From Anaerolineales bacterium (lineage in GTDB: Bacteria; Chloroflexota; Anaerolineae; Anaerolineales; UBA11858): DNA of 57,818 bases. How positions within the stretch are numbered: the first letter of the stretch is position 1; each line of letters begins with the position of its first letter. The notes under the pieces were generated by a model. It saw only the letters and a list, made by a program, of their open reading frames with translations. It had not been told where the DNA came from and made no database searches. The stretch spans positions 1 through 57,818 of the forward strand of contig JAGHAU010000086.1 in NCBI GenBank assembly GCA_021161345.1, written 5' to 3'. A program made the position numbers and the translations under genes. Positions 39,786 to 49,684 of this stretch are shown piece after piece.

Positions 39786-40151
39786 GTGGGACAGATTCTT
39801 TTTATCGATGATGACACTGATTCTCTGGCAATGTATGTCAGGGCAGTGTCACTTGCCAATCATCAGGCAGATATTGCCTCCAGCGTTAAAGAAGGCTGGG
39901 AACTGATCAAGGAAAAACCCTATGATCTGGTCTTTGTGGACCTGAATATCCCCGGGGTATCTGGGTTTGAACTGCTGCAGATGGTAAGAAAGGATAGCAA
40001 GACAAAAAAAATACCAGTGATTGTGATCTCTGCTATGCCGGAGGACAGCCTGGTTGAGGACGTATTAAAAGCCGGGGCGCAGCTCTTCCTTGAAAAACCG
40101 GTTGCCCTGGATAAACTTTATTCTGTCATTGAAAAATTTGAAGGGAAATAA
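39786..40151 (+). CDS. Stand-alone response-regulator receiver domain (CheY-like)
   Basis: ILFIDDD, VFVDLNIPG (phospho-acceptor Asp), VISA and EKP motifs. GTG start. Confidence 0.85.
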   Translation: MGQILFIDDDTDSLAMYVRAVSLANHQADIASSVKEGWELIKEKPYDLVFVDLNIPGVSGFELLQMVRKDSKTKKIPVIVISAMPEDSLVEDVLKAGAQLFLEKPVALDKLYSVIEKFEGK

Positions 40152-40187
40152 ACCCTCATTGTCTGACTGGGGCTCCAGACCTCCTGC

Positions 40188-41177
40188 ATGTCAATCCGTC
40201 GATTCCTGATCTTACTTCTGTGTTTATCATTTGTCTTTGCAGGCTGTGATGGTCTGCCCTGGAAACCTGCCCCGACTTTTATTCCCGAAGAACATATCCC
40301 AACTTTGATCGAAATGACCGCCCAGGCCATGGTCGATCAAGGACTGGTTACCCCACCTACTCCGGATCCTGGGGCAATTACTCCATCACCTACTATCACT
40401 AACACTCCCGCGATCACACCTATTCCTGGGGATACAGCAACACCTACACTGGATGTGATCATGGGTACCCCAGAACCATTGACTCTGCCATATCCGCTTC
40501 CGCAGGCTGAGATCCGGATCATTAATCCAGGCAGGTTATCCAGGGTTAGATCCCCTTTCAACCTGCATGCCTATCTGGCTCTTCCCAAAAGCGAACAAGA
40601 AGAGAAATCCTCAATTATGATTTCCCTATATGGAGATGACGGCCGGATTCTAAAGAGAGAGGTCATTTCCGGTGAGGATGGCGAGAGCGGAAATTCTCAT
40701 CTGGTGATGGATTTTAGTTTTAATATTTCAGGAGAAGCTGAAACTGCCCGTTTGGAAGTCAGTGCAGTGGATCCGTATAATCGGATAACATCCCTGGACA
40801 GCACGGACGTGATCCTGTTATCAGATGGAACCCCGGAAATTAAATCAATCCTGGATCTTTACGCCAGTTTGATCATCCAACAGCCGATTCCAAGCACTTT
40901 GATCCAGGGTGATGTCTTGATTGTCCAGGGAGTGACCCGTTTTGCACCGGACGATCAGTTATTGGTGGAATTGATCAATCGAGAGGGGAATCAAGTTGGA
41001 TCAGCGGTTTTATCAGTAGCGGAAGAAGATCTGGGGAACGGTTTCCGCCCTTTTAGCGGGGAAATCCCATATCAGGTAAGCTCTTCATCATGGATCCGGG
41101 TCCAAGTCATCGCTCGAGACGGAAAATTCTCCGGCATCCAGCATCTCATCAGCGTGGAAGTTCTGGTCAGCCCCTGA
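40188..41177 (+). CDS. Lipoprotein with Pro/Thr-rich linker and two Ig-like (Gmad2-type?) repeats
   Basis: Lipobox FAGC and linker TPPTPDPGAITPSPTITNTPAITPIPGDTATPT. The fold assignment is a guess. Confidence 0.55.
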   Translation: MSIRRFLILLLCLSFVFAGCDGLPWKPAPTFIPEEHIPTLIEMTAQAMVDQGLVTPPTPDPGAITPSPTITNTPAITPIPGDTATPTLDVIMGTPEPLTLPYPLPQAEIRIINPGRLSRVRSPFNLHAYLALPKSEQEEKSSIMISLYGDDGRILKREVISGEDGESGNSHLVMDFSFNISGEAETARLEVSAVDPYNRITSLDSTDVILLSDGTPEIKSILDLYASLIIQQPIPSTLIQGDVLIVQGVTRFAPDDQLLVELINREGNQVGSAVLSVAEEDLGNGFRPFSGEIPYQVSSSSWIRVQVIARDGKFSGIQHLISVEVLVSP

Positions 41178-41193
41178 TCATTTAAGTGGTTTT

Positions 41194-42783
41194 TCAGCCT
41201 AATCTGGATCGTATAATCTGGTAGAGCTGTTTTAATTCACTTGTTTTAAAAACCCCCAAACCCACAGAATAAACAACAATCCCGATCAGTATTCCCCCCA
41301 GGGCGATGAGCCAGACAGAAAAATCACCTGCCAAGGTGATCCAACACAGGATGGCAGCGGTCATTAACCCTCCAGATACCAGGGATTTTCCCAGACCTGA
41401 TCCGATCTGTTTCCCGTTCAATCCCCCAAGGCGTTTCCGCATAATTAAAATCAGGCCAACCATCTCCAGCGCTGTGGCTAGCGTATTTGCCAACGCCAAC
41501 CCTCCATGCGGCATCCAACCCTGACGTATGAACATGGCGGAAAAAATATAACTGAATAAAACATTGAGGGACATTGCAGCAATGCCGATCATAACTGGTG
41601 TTTTAGTATCGTGAAGGGCGTAAAAGGCCCTGGCCAAGATCTCTACCATGGCATGACCTACCAGGCCGACCCCGTAAAATAACAGCGCCCAGGCCACCAA
41701 ACTTGTGGAGTGGGCATCGAACTGGCCCCGCTGCAAAACCAGGGCGATAATAGGTACACGCAGTATTACTAAGCCCAGGCTGGCGGGTATCGACAGCAGC
41801 AATATTCCTCTTAATGTTGCCGATAGTGAATTCCTCATATCCCCCAGTTTGTTGTTCGCTACCTGGGTGGAAAATGTGGGCAAGGCGGCAGTGGCGATTG
41901 ACTGGGCTATAGCGGCCAGGGGCATTAACATCAGGGTAAAAGCGACCTGGATGGCTGTCACGCTGCCTTCTGGCATACCTGAAGCCAGGCGAACGTTGAT
42001 CCAGAAGTTCAACTGCACCACAGCAACACCCAGGACACGAGGTCCCATTAAGCGGGCGACTTCCCGGACATCAGGCGTGTCCAGGCTCAGTGATAGAGTA
42101 TAAGCAGCTTTCTGTTTGAATAATAAGGGCAGTTGCAAAATGAGATGCAAAGCGGAGCCGATCAAAACCCCCCAGGCCAGCCCGTAAATCCCCATGCTGG
42201 GAGATAGAACTGTGACACCAAAGATCATCCCAAGCTGGTACATGGCCGGGGTTAACGCTGGAATGAAGAATTTTCGGTGGGAGTTTAAAATGCCCATTAC
42301 CAGGCCGCTTAATCCGAAAAGCACAGCTGATGGAAGCATCAGGCGGGTAAGGGCGATTGTTAGAGCTTCTTTGGCTGGATCAGATGCAAATCCTGGTGCG
42401 ATCACATAACGCACTACCTGGGGAGCAAATATTGCCGCCAGGGCTGCCAGCGCTGTGAGGATGATCAAGATTATATTGAAGATTGAAGAAGCCAGTTTCC
42501 AGGCTTCCTGGCGTTTTTCTTTGGCCAACAAGCTGGTAAAAGTGGGGATAAAGGCTGAACCGAGCGCGCCGCCGGCAACCAGGTTAAAGAGAGTTTCAGA
42601 TATCCGGTTGGCTGCATTAAACGCTTCCATCGGTGCAGAAGTCCCAAAGGCATTGGCAACCAGGATCTGGCGGATAAGGCCGGCGATATTGCTGAGTATA
42701 TAGGCAGTTGTAACAAGGCTGGCTGCGCGGGCAATTTGGCTAATAGCTGAGGGTGGAGCTGGGGTTTCTGAAAGGTTCTTCAC
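41194..42783 (-). CDS. murJ: Lipid II flippase MurJ (MviN)
   Basis: 14-TM protein with N-terminus ...AGLIRQILVANAFGTS...DAFNAANRI and a general MurJ pattern. Confidence 0.9.
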   Translation of the reverse strand: MKNLSETPAPPSAISQIARAASLVTTAYILSNIAGLIRQILVANAFGTSAPMEAFNAANRISETLFNLVAGGALGSAFIPTFTSLLAKEKRQEAWKLASSIFNIILIILTALAALAAIFAPQVVRYVIAPGFASDPAKEALTIALTRLMLPSAVLFGLSGLVMGILNSHRKFFIPALTPAMYQLGMIFGVTVLSPSMGIYGLAWGVLIGSALHLILQLPLLFKQKAAYTLSLSLDTPDVREVARLMGPRVLGVAVVQLNFWINVRLASGMPEGSVTAIQVAFTLMLMPLAAIAQSIATAALPTFSTQVANNKLGDMRNSLSATLRGILLLSIPASLGLVILRVPIIALVLQRGQFDAHSTSLVAWALLFYGVGLVGHAMVEILARAFYALHDTKTPVMIGIAAMSLNVLFSYIFSAMFIRQGWMPHGGLALANTLATALEMVGLILIMRKRLGGLNGKQIGSGLGKSLVSGGLMTAAILCWITLAGDFSVWLIALGGILIGIVVYSVGLGVFKTSELKQLYQIIRSRLG

Positions 42784-42925
42784 AATCTTGGATTATATCA
42801 TCACCCATCTTCTTGATCTCCTGGGAACTGGCCTGCTTCTTGGAATTTGTATATACCGTTATGCTATAATCGCTCCAGAACCGGCAGAATCCAAGCTAGT
42901 AATAAATATAATTTAAGGTGAACTG

Positions 42926-45900
42926 ATGTTAGGTAAAATTGTCCGATTGGTAGGTGGAAATCCCCATCAGAAGATTTTGGATGGCCTCGCAATTGAGGTT
43001 GAGGCAATCAATGCTCTTGAAACTGAGTACGAAGGATTAAGTGAAGAGGAACTCCAAGGCAAAACGAATTCATTTCGCTTGCGCCTAGCCAAGGGAGAAA
43101 CCCTGGATGATATTCTCACTGAAGTCTTTGCCACCATCCGGGAAACCAGCAAACGAATGATCGGTCAGCGCCATTATGATGTTCAGATGATCGGCGGGAT
43201 AGCCATGCATCGCTGTTTTGTGGCGGAAATGCGCACCGGTGAAGGCAAAACGCTTGGCGCCACCTTGCCTCTCTATTTAAATGCTCTCAACCTATCCCCG
43301 GATTGGATCAAAAAAGCTCAAGCAGCCTGGGGCGAGAACCCCGATTCCTGGCAGTTCATACCCCTGGATGGCTTACCTGTCGGACAGGGTGTTCATCTGG
43401 TCACGGTAAATGATTACCTGGCCCGGCGTGATGCCCGCTGGATGTCCCCAATCTATAATTTCCTGGGTTTAAGTGTCGGCGTGCTGCAAATGGCTGCCAG
43501 AACTGAACACGGTAAAAAAGCATTCCTTGTCAACCTTGAGAATAAATCCCCCCAGGAAGATCGCAATCAGCTGGACATGGTACTGAGGAATGAAGCCTAT
43601 AACGCTGATATTGTATACGGAACCAATAACGAATTCGGTTTTGATTACCTGCGCGATAACATGGCTATGATCCTGAATAGCCGGGTGCAGCGCGGTCATC
43701 ATTACGCCATAATCGATGAAGTGGATAATGTATTAATTGATGAGGCACGAACACCACTGATCATTTCAGGTCCATCCCATGATGACCCGGAATGGTATCG
43801 GCGTATGGCTACAGTTGTGAAGCGGCTTAAGCCTGAGGATTATGAGATCAGCATTCGTGATCGTAATATCACCCTGACGCCCCTGGGTGAAATGCACGTA
43901 GAAGAATTATTAGGGCAGCCGCTTGGAGATCCTGACAACCCAGAAGATATTACACAAGAGCAGGCCCGGTTATTGGGTTATCTGGAACAAGCCCTTCGAG
44001 CCGAATTTATATTTAAGAAGAATAAGGATTACCTTGTTCAGGCCGGAAAAGTGGTGATCGTCGATGATTTCACCGGGCGGTTGATGCCAGGGCGGCGCTG
44101 GTCTGATGGTTTGCATCAGGCTGTGGAAGCCAAGGAAAATGTCAAAGTCCAGGGCGAAAATGTCACCTATGCCACTATTACAATCCAGAATTATTTCAGG
44201 ATGTATGAAAAGCTCTCTGGCATGACCGGTACTGCGGTGACTGAATCTGAAGAATTCAATGAAATTTATAGCCTGGATCCGATTGCCATTCCTACTAACC
44301 TGGATTATGCGGCTGCCCAGGAAGAGACCTCCCTGGTGACACTTAAAGGGAAAGAGCCCGAAAGCGGGTTCGAGTATACCTATTATGCTGACAAAGATGA
44401 TTCAGAGAAAAACCCGTTATATTGGAAAAGAAAGGATTATTCCGATTTGATCTATATCAGCGAGGAAGCCAAACTGCGGGCGATCACTGAGGAGATTCTT
44501 ACTTTCCATGTGGTTGGCAGGCCATTATTGGTAGGTACCACATCAGTTGCGAACTCCGAAACCTTGTCAAATCGTTTGGATGGCCCATCGATCAGAAATC
44601 TGGCCTTTACCTTGATGATTCGGGAAAGCTGGATGCGAAAACATGACCACTTCCCTGATGGCAGGCGAATCCCCGAACTGCAGCCACTGAACGTTCCTCT
44701 TACTACCCTGAAATTAGGTAATCTCAGGAATATGATCAAGGAATTGGATCTGGATCTTGAGCTGAATGTCAATAATCCAGAAAATATACAGCTCCTATTG
44801 GATATCCTGGATCTGAACTCATCCCACGCAGATCGCCTGGCCAAGGTCCTGAAGCGGGGGGTCGAGCATGATGTGCTTAATGCCCGTAAACATACCGAGG
44901 AAAGCCAACTGATTGCTGGCGCCGGCGCGTTTGGGGCAGTGATGATTGCTACCAGCATGGCCGGGCGTGGTGTGGATATTAAATTGGGTGGTGAACTGGC
45001 AGAAGAGATCACCGCGGATGTTGTCCGGGTTTTGACTAGAGCAGGATTTGAGGATCCCTTTGAGCTGTCACTCCAGGAACAGGAAAAACTGGTCAAACAG
45101 CTGGATAAAGAAGATTATGGCATTTATGAAACGGAGATCAACTTTTTCCTTCAGCATATGCGGAATCAAGAGCAGGTCAAAGCCTTGGGTGGACTGCATG
45201 TGGTCGGCTCAGAACGGCATGAAGCCCGCCGGATAGATAATCAGCTTAGAGGTCGGGCGGCCCGCCAGGGAGATCCCGGTTCATCCCGATTTTACCTTTC
45301 CATGGAAGATGATCTGATGGCCCGCTTTGGTGGTCAGCAGATGGAAGCGCTCATGACCCGCCTGCAAGTTGATGAATCCATGCCCATCGCCAATCCCCTG
45401 GTAGATCGGGTTGTAGAGCAGTCACAGAACAGGGTGGAAGGCGCTAACTTTGATGTCCGCAAGCATTTGCTGGAATATGATGATGTGCTAAACACGCAGC
45501 GTGAGAAGATTTACGGACAGCGGGATCTGGTTTTCAAGAAACCAGACCTTTCAGAAGATATCCTCGAGATGCTTCACTCAGAGATCCAGAAGCGAGTTGA
45601 AAACACAATTTGGGAAGAGGAAAGCGATGAGGATCAGGATAGCCCTTGGCGGTTGTTAGCCTGGCTGTCTCAAATCCAGCCTACTTTGACATTCCAGCAC
45701 CAGCAGGTGCCGTCCTATACAATACGTCTGCTATTAAATAAGATCCGCCAAGAATCCCCGGGATTAAAGAAAGATCAGCTGGTGCCGGTTTTGGTTGAAT
45801 TGGGGAAAGATGTCCTGGTAGCTGAGGAAAAATATATGCTGGGAGCAGTGGATCGAATTTTGGTTGAACGCCAATACCGCTACCAGGATCAGCTGGATAG

Positions 45901-47017
45901 CCGGATGGAAACACTGGACACTTTCCTGGAAGGCTTGTCCCTGGGGAGCGAAGAACCGCTCAATCCCCAGGCTGTCTTCAACGAAATGCGTGAACTGATC
46001 AGAACCCGGTTTGAACTTTCCCAAAATCAGATCAAGGAATTGATTGAAGGCCCCGGAGAAGAATTAGAAGAGATCCTCAGAACCCAGGTTGAATCCCAAT
46101 TGATAGATCTTGAGTTCAAGCGACTGATTGGCGGTGTGGAACGATTGCTGGGGGCTCCTCTGGAAGCCGAGCAGATCCAAACGGAAGGTTCAAGCTGGGA
46201 ATCTGTCACTGAATGGATCTTTAAACAGATCGAGGAGCAGTTTGCGAACCGGCACAGGACATATTTTGATGATCCTGATGATTCCATCATCAGGAAGAGT
46301 ATTGAAACCGGCCTCAAAGAGGTCCAAACTGATGAACTTTCCGATTCCGACCTGGTGAAGATCCTCGGATTAATGGTGGAGGGTCGAAGAGCGGCTTTTG
46401 ATAAAAAGAGCCATAAACGAATCTGGCTGCGAACTCAGCGTTTGCGCTACACCTTCTATGCGGCGAGACTTCTTAATCAGATAGATCAAGTAACCGCCCA
46501 GAATGATATTTTAGAGCATCTCGATAATGCCCGGCTTATCGTTCAGGATGCCTGGGGGCTGAATGAGATCACTCGCTTAAAAGATGTTCAGCTATCCCAA
46601 TTGGAAGATAAGGTCAGAGATATTATCCGGGAAGAGATTGGGGATGATGTTTTTGAAAAATACACTCATCAAAACCTGGATACTGTGCCGGATGACCTTA
46701 AAGAGGATATCCGAGATCTCTTAGGCCGCTCCGTTGTCAGCAATATCTACCGGGATCTGTTCCTGCGAGTGATATCAGAGTTATGGGTGGAATATCTTAC
46801 CCAAATGGAAGCCCTGCGTGTGGCAATCGGTTTGGAAGCCTATGCCCAGCGGGACCCGCTTGTTCAGTATAAAAACCGCGGGTTCGAAATGTTCCAGCAA
46901 TTGATGGACGATATGAGGGTTGGTGTGGTCAATCGTATCTTTACCTTCCAGCCCCGCAATCTGGATCGGATCCAGGCCGGCTTTGAAGAATCCCCTGCTG
47001 CGCCGAAAGCTGATTGA
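42926..47017 (+). CDS. secA: Preprotein translocase ATPase SecA, unusually long (1363 aa)
   Basis: AEMRTGEGKTL, VTVNDYLARRD, DEVDNVLIDEARTPLIISG, RRWSDGLHQAVEAKE, MAGRGVDIKLGG, RIDNQLRGRAARQGDPGSS and LLEYDDVLN motifs. Confidence 0.95.
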   Translation: MLGKIVRLVGGNPHQKILDGLAIEVEAINALETEYEGLSEEELQGKTNSFRLRLAKGETLDDILTEVFATIRETSKRMIGQRHYDVQMIGGIAMHRCFVAEMRTGEGKTLGATLPLYLNALNLSPDWIKKAQAAWGENPDSWQFIPLDGLPVGQGVHLVTVNDYLARRDARWMSPIYNFLGLSVGVLQMAARTEHGKKAFLVNLENKSPQEDRNQLDMVLRNEAYNADIVYGTNNEFGFDYLRDNMAMILNSRVQRGHHYAIIDEVDNVLIDEARTPLIISGPSHDDPEWYRRMATVVKRLKPEDYEISIRDRNITLTPLGEMHVEELLGQPLGDPDNPEDITQEQARLLGYLEQALRAEFIFKKNKDYLVQAGKVVIVDDFTGRLMPGRRWSDGLHQAVEAKENVKVQGENVTYATITIQNYFRMYEKLSGMTGTAVTESEEFNEIYSLDPIAIPTNLDYAAAQEETSLVTLKGKEPESGFEYTYYADKDDSEKNPLYWKRKDYSDLIYISEEAKLRAITEEILTFHVVGRPLLVGTTSVANSETLSNRLDGPSIRNLAFTLMIRESWMRKHDHFPDGRRIPELQPLNVPLTTLKLGNLRNMIKELDLDLELNVNNPENIQLLLDILDLNSSHADRLAKVLKRGVEHDVLNARKHTEESQLIAGAGAFGAVMIATSMAGRGVDIKLGGELAEEITADVVRVLTRAGFEDPFELSLQEQEKLVKQLDKEDYGIYETEINFFLQHMRNQEQVKALGGLHVVGSERHEARRIDNQLRGRAARQGDPGSSRFYLSMEDDLMARFGGQQMEALMTRLQVDESMPIANPLVDRVVEQSQNRVEGANFDVRKHLLEYDDVLNTQREKIYGQRDLVFKKPDLSEDILEMLHSEIQKRVENTIWEEESDEDQDSPWRLLAWLSQIQPTLTFQHQQVPSYTIRLLLNKIRQESPGLKKDQLVPVLVELGKDVLVAEEKYMLGAVDRILVERQYRYQDQLDSRMETLDTFLEGLSLGSEEPLNPQAVFNEMRELIRTRFELSQNQIKELIEGPGEELEEILRTQVESQLIDLEFKRLIGGVERLLGAPLEAEQIQTEGSSWESVTEWIFKQIEEQFANRHRTYFDDPDDSIIRKSIETGLKEVQTDELSDSDLVKILGLMVEGRRAAFDKKSHKRIWLRTQRLRYTFYAARLLNQIDQVTAQNDILEHLDNARLIVQDAWGLNEITRLKDVQLSQLEDKVRDIIREEIGDDVFEKYTHQNLDTVPDDLKEDIRDLLGRSVVSNIYRDLFLRVISELWVEYLTQMEALRVAIGLEAYAQRDPLVQYKNRGFEMFQQLMDDMRVGVVNRIFTFQPRNLDRIQAGFEESPAAPKAD

Positions 47018-47046
47018 TCAATTAATAACCTGACACAATAAACTAC

Positions 47047-47080
47047 AAAACAGACCTCTCGTACAGGAGAAGTCTGTTTT
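47047..47080 (+). terminator. Terminator candidate after secA
   Basis: AAAACAGAC...GTCTGTTTT hairpin. Confidence 0.5.
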
Positions 47081-47130
47081 CATTTAGGCAGTGATTTTCA
47101 GGTACAATAAATGAAATCAATCCCTGGCAC

Positions 47131-48204
47131 ATGGATAAGACGCCGATGGCTGAAAATCAGGTTCCTGAAGTCGCTGATTTTTACAAGAATTTACCCAAAG
47201 TGGAGCTGCACCGCCATTTGGAAGGTTCTTTGCGCGTCAAAACCATGATGGAAATAGTCCGGGCTCATGAGATGGATGTCAAGAACACCGGCTATCTGCG
47301 CCCACTTGTCCAGGTGGAACATGAGGATCCCTACACATTCGAAAATTTCCTGGCCAAATTTGGTACTCTGCGCCTTTTTTATAAGTCCCCTGATATTATC
47401 AAACGCATTACCTGGGAAGCGGTGGAAGATGCTGCCCGGGATAATATCCGGTACCTGGAACTGCGTTTCACTCCTGTTGCACTCAGTAGAGCTGAAGGTT
47501 TTCCAATGACTCAGGTAGTAGATTGGGTCATTGGAAGTGTCCAGGAATCTTCGGCTCACTTTGATATCATGGTTCGGCTGCTAATCAGCATGAACCGTCA
47601 TGAAAGCCTAGCCCAGGCTCAGAAAGCGATCGAGATCGCCCTGGAAAAAAAAGATCAGGGCATTGTTGGGGTGGACCTGGCCGGCAATGAAGCAGACTTT
47701 TCTGGAGAACCTTTCCAGGAACTGTTCAAGGTCGCCCGCCAGAGTGGATTGAAGGTGACTATCCATGCCGGGGAATGGGGTGGGGCAGAAAACGTACGGC
47801 AGGCCATTGAGGTACTAGGGGCTGACCGGATTGGTCACGGAATCCGGGTTTTGGAAGATCCTTATACTGTAGCTCTGGCCAAGGAACGGGGAACGTTGTT
47901 CGAAGTATGTGTGACCAGCAACCACCAATCTGGAGCAGTAGAAGATATCACGGATCACCCTATCAGGAAAATGATCAAGGAAGGTTTAAACGTCACCATT
48001 AACACTGACGATCCCAGCATCTCCAAGATCAATCTGTCCAGTGAGTATCAAACTGTAAATCAGGTGTTGGGGATTCCTATGCAAGTGGTAGGTGAGCGAG
48101 TGACCGCTGCCGCGCTGGGAGCGTTTTTACCCGCTGAGCTCCGCAAAAAGTTGGCGGCGCTTATATCAAGCGAATACACGAAAATGATCAATAAACGGGA
48201 CTGA
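47131..48204 (+). CDS. add: Adenosine deaminase
   Basis: ELHRHLEGS, HAGE and INTDDP motifs. Confidence 0.9.
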   Translation: MDKTPMAENQVPEVADFYKNLPKVELHRHLEGSLRVKTMMEIVRAHEMDVKNTGYLRPLVQVEHEDPYTFENFLAKFGTLRLFYKSPDIIKRITWEAVEDAARDNIRYLELRFTPVALSRAEGFPMTQVVDWVIGSVQESSAHFDIMVRLLISMNRHESLAQAQKAIEIALEKKDQGIVGVDLAGNEADFSGEPFQELFKVARQSGLKVTIHAGEWGGAENVRQAIEVLGADRIGHGIRVLEDPYTVALAKERGTLFEVCVTSNHQSGAVEDITDHPIRKMIKEGLNVTINTDDPSISKINLSSEYQTVNQVLGIPMQVVGERVTAAALGAFLPAELRKKLAALISSEYTKMINKRD

Positions 48205-48206
48205 TC

Positions 48207-48842
48207 TTATTCCCGGCTCTCTTCCCATTCCTTGACAGATGCATCAATAATCTGTCGAACTTCCGCATCAGGAATTTCTTCAACATCATTATAGGAATTC
48301 AAACCCACCCAGAAACGAATTTCCTTGTTGTGATTCTCCATCAGGTGAATACCTTTGCCCGCCAAGGGGGATCCATGGAGTTTCTTCTGGAGGATCTCAT
48401 TCACCTCATCGATCACGCTGAGCATTTTAACTCCGGCTTCCCCTTCTTCCTCAACATCGACTTCCGGGGGTATGAGGTCATTTTCAAGGGGGGGTTGAAC
48501 TGTTGTCTGGGGCTCAGGCTTGGTATGTGCCTTTTCCTGGACCGTGATGATATTTAATATATCCCGTGGTAAGTTCTCTTTTTCTACATACGAGCCATTG
48601 AGATCATATACTGGCGGTTTGCCCTCTTCTTTCCAGACCTGCATCACAAGTCGTGAATTTGGGCTGGGTTTCTTGATCTGGGCTGCCACACCTGGCACTG
48701 ATAGATTTTCCTCTGGAGCCGTTTCATCTTTTTGGAAGAGTTTGTTCAGACGAGGCGAATTCATGGATAACAGGAATAGTCCCAAGAAAAAACCGATCGC
48801 CAGTGCGAAAACCACAATAAAGACAAGCAAGGCTATTTCCAT
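48207..48842 (-). CDS. Hypothetical N-terminally membrane-anchored protein
   Basis: One N-terminal TM helix and an acidic/Pro-rich linker. Positioned last in the minus-strand gene string after mutM. Confidence 0.5.
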   Translation of the reverse strand: MEIALLVFIVVFALAIGFFLGLFLLSMNSPRLNKLFQKDETAPEENLSVPGVAAQIKKPSPNSRLVMQVWKEEGKPPVYDLNGSYVEKENLPRDILNIITVQEKAHTKPEPQTTVQPPLENDLIPPEVDVEEEGEAGVKMLSVIDEVNEILQKKLHGSPLAGKGIHLMENHNKEIRFWVGLNSYNDVEEIPDAEVRQIIDASVKEWEESRE

Positions 48843-48854
48843 AAGAACTCCTTC

Positions 48855-49679
48855 TCACTCGGGAAGCGGTTGGCAGGTAGGGCAGAAATAAGTACTGCGC
48901 TGCGCGATTTTGATCCGCTTAATGGGTGTTTTACAATATTTGCATGGTTTCCCTTCTAAATTATACACCGAGAGATATTTTTGGTAATCCCCTCCCTGGT
49001 ACATCCAATCAATGCTAGAACCTTGATTTTCAATACCTTCCTGGAGAACCTCCCGGATACTCAGCCAGAGTCGCTGTGTTTCGCTGGAATTAACTGAATT
49101 AGTTTTCTTGGCCGGGTGCAGTTTTGCCCGGTAAAGGGCTTCATCGGTGTAGATATTTCCCAACCCCGCAATCATTTCCTGGTCCAGTAAAAAATATTTC
49201 AGCTGCCTGCTGTGTTTCTGGAGGATCTGATGGAAAAGCTCTGGTGTGAAATCATCTGCCAGCGGTTCGGGGCCAAGGTTCCCGATCACTTGGACGGGAT
49301 CTTCAACAAGCCAGACACGCCCGAATTTACGGATGTTATTGAATGCCAGCCTGTATTTATCGGTGAAGTTCAAGATTAGCCGGTAATGTTTGCCTGGGGG
49401 ATTGGTTTTTTCTTCTACGACCAGTTCCCCACTCATGCGCAAATGGATGATCAATGTATCCCAGGAAAGGCGGATGAGCAGGTTTTTGCCGCGCCGACCG
49501 ACCCCAGTGACAAATTGTCCCCGGATGCGGTCCTTGAAATCTGCGGGTGAGGGCGCTGCAAGCGTCCGTTCCCAAAGCAGGTCAGCATCCTTGATCTTCT
49601 TGCCTAAGATCGAAGGAGATCCGGTTTCCCCCTGAAGAAGATATCTGCGGAATGTTTCAACTTCTGGCAGTTCTGGCAT
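48855..49679 (-). CDS. mutM: Formamidopyrimidine-DNA glycosylase
   Basis: MPELPEVE N-terminus and a C-terminal CxxC...CxxC zinc finger. Confidence 0.92.
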   Translation of the reverse strand: MPELPEVETFRRYLLQGETGSPSILGKKIKDADLLWERTLAAPSPADFKDRIRGQFVTGVGRRGKNLLIRLSWDTLIIHLRMSGELVVEEKTNPPGKHYRLILNFTDKYRLAFNNIRKFGRVWLVEDPVQVIGNLGPEPLADDFTPELFHQILQKHSRQLKYFLLDQEMIAGLGNIYTDEALYRAKLHPAKKTNSVNSSETQRLWLSIREVLQEGIENQGSSIDWMYQGGDYQKYLSVYNLEGKPCKYCKTPIKRIKIAQRSTYFCPTCQPLPE

Positions 49680-49684
49680 GAATT

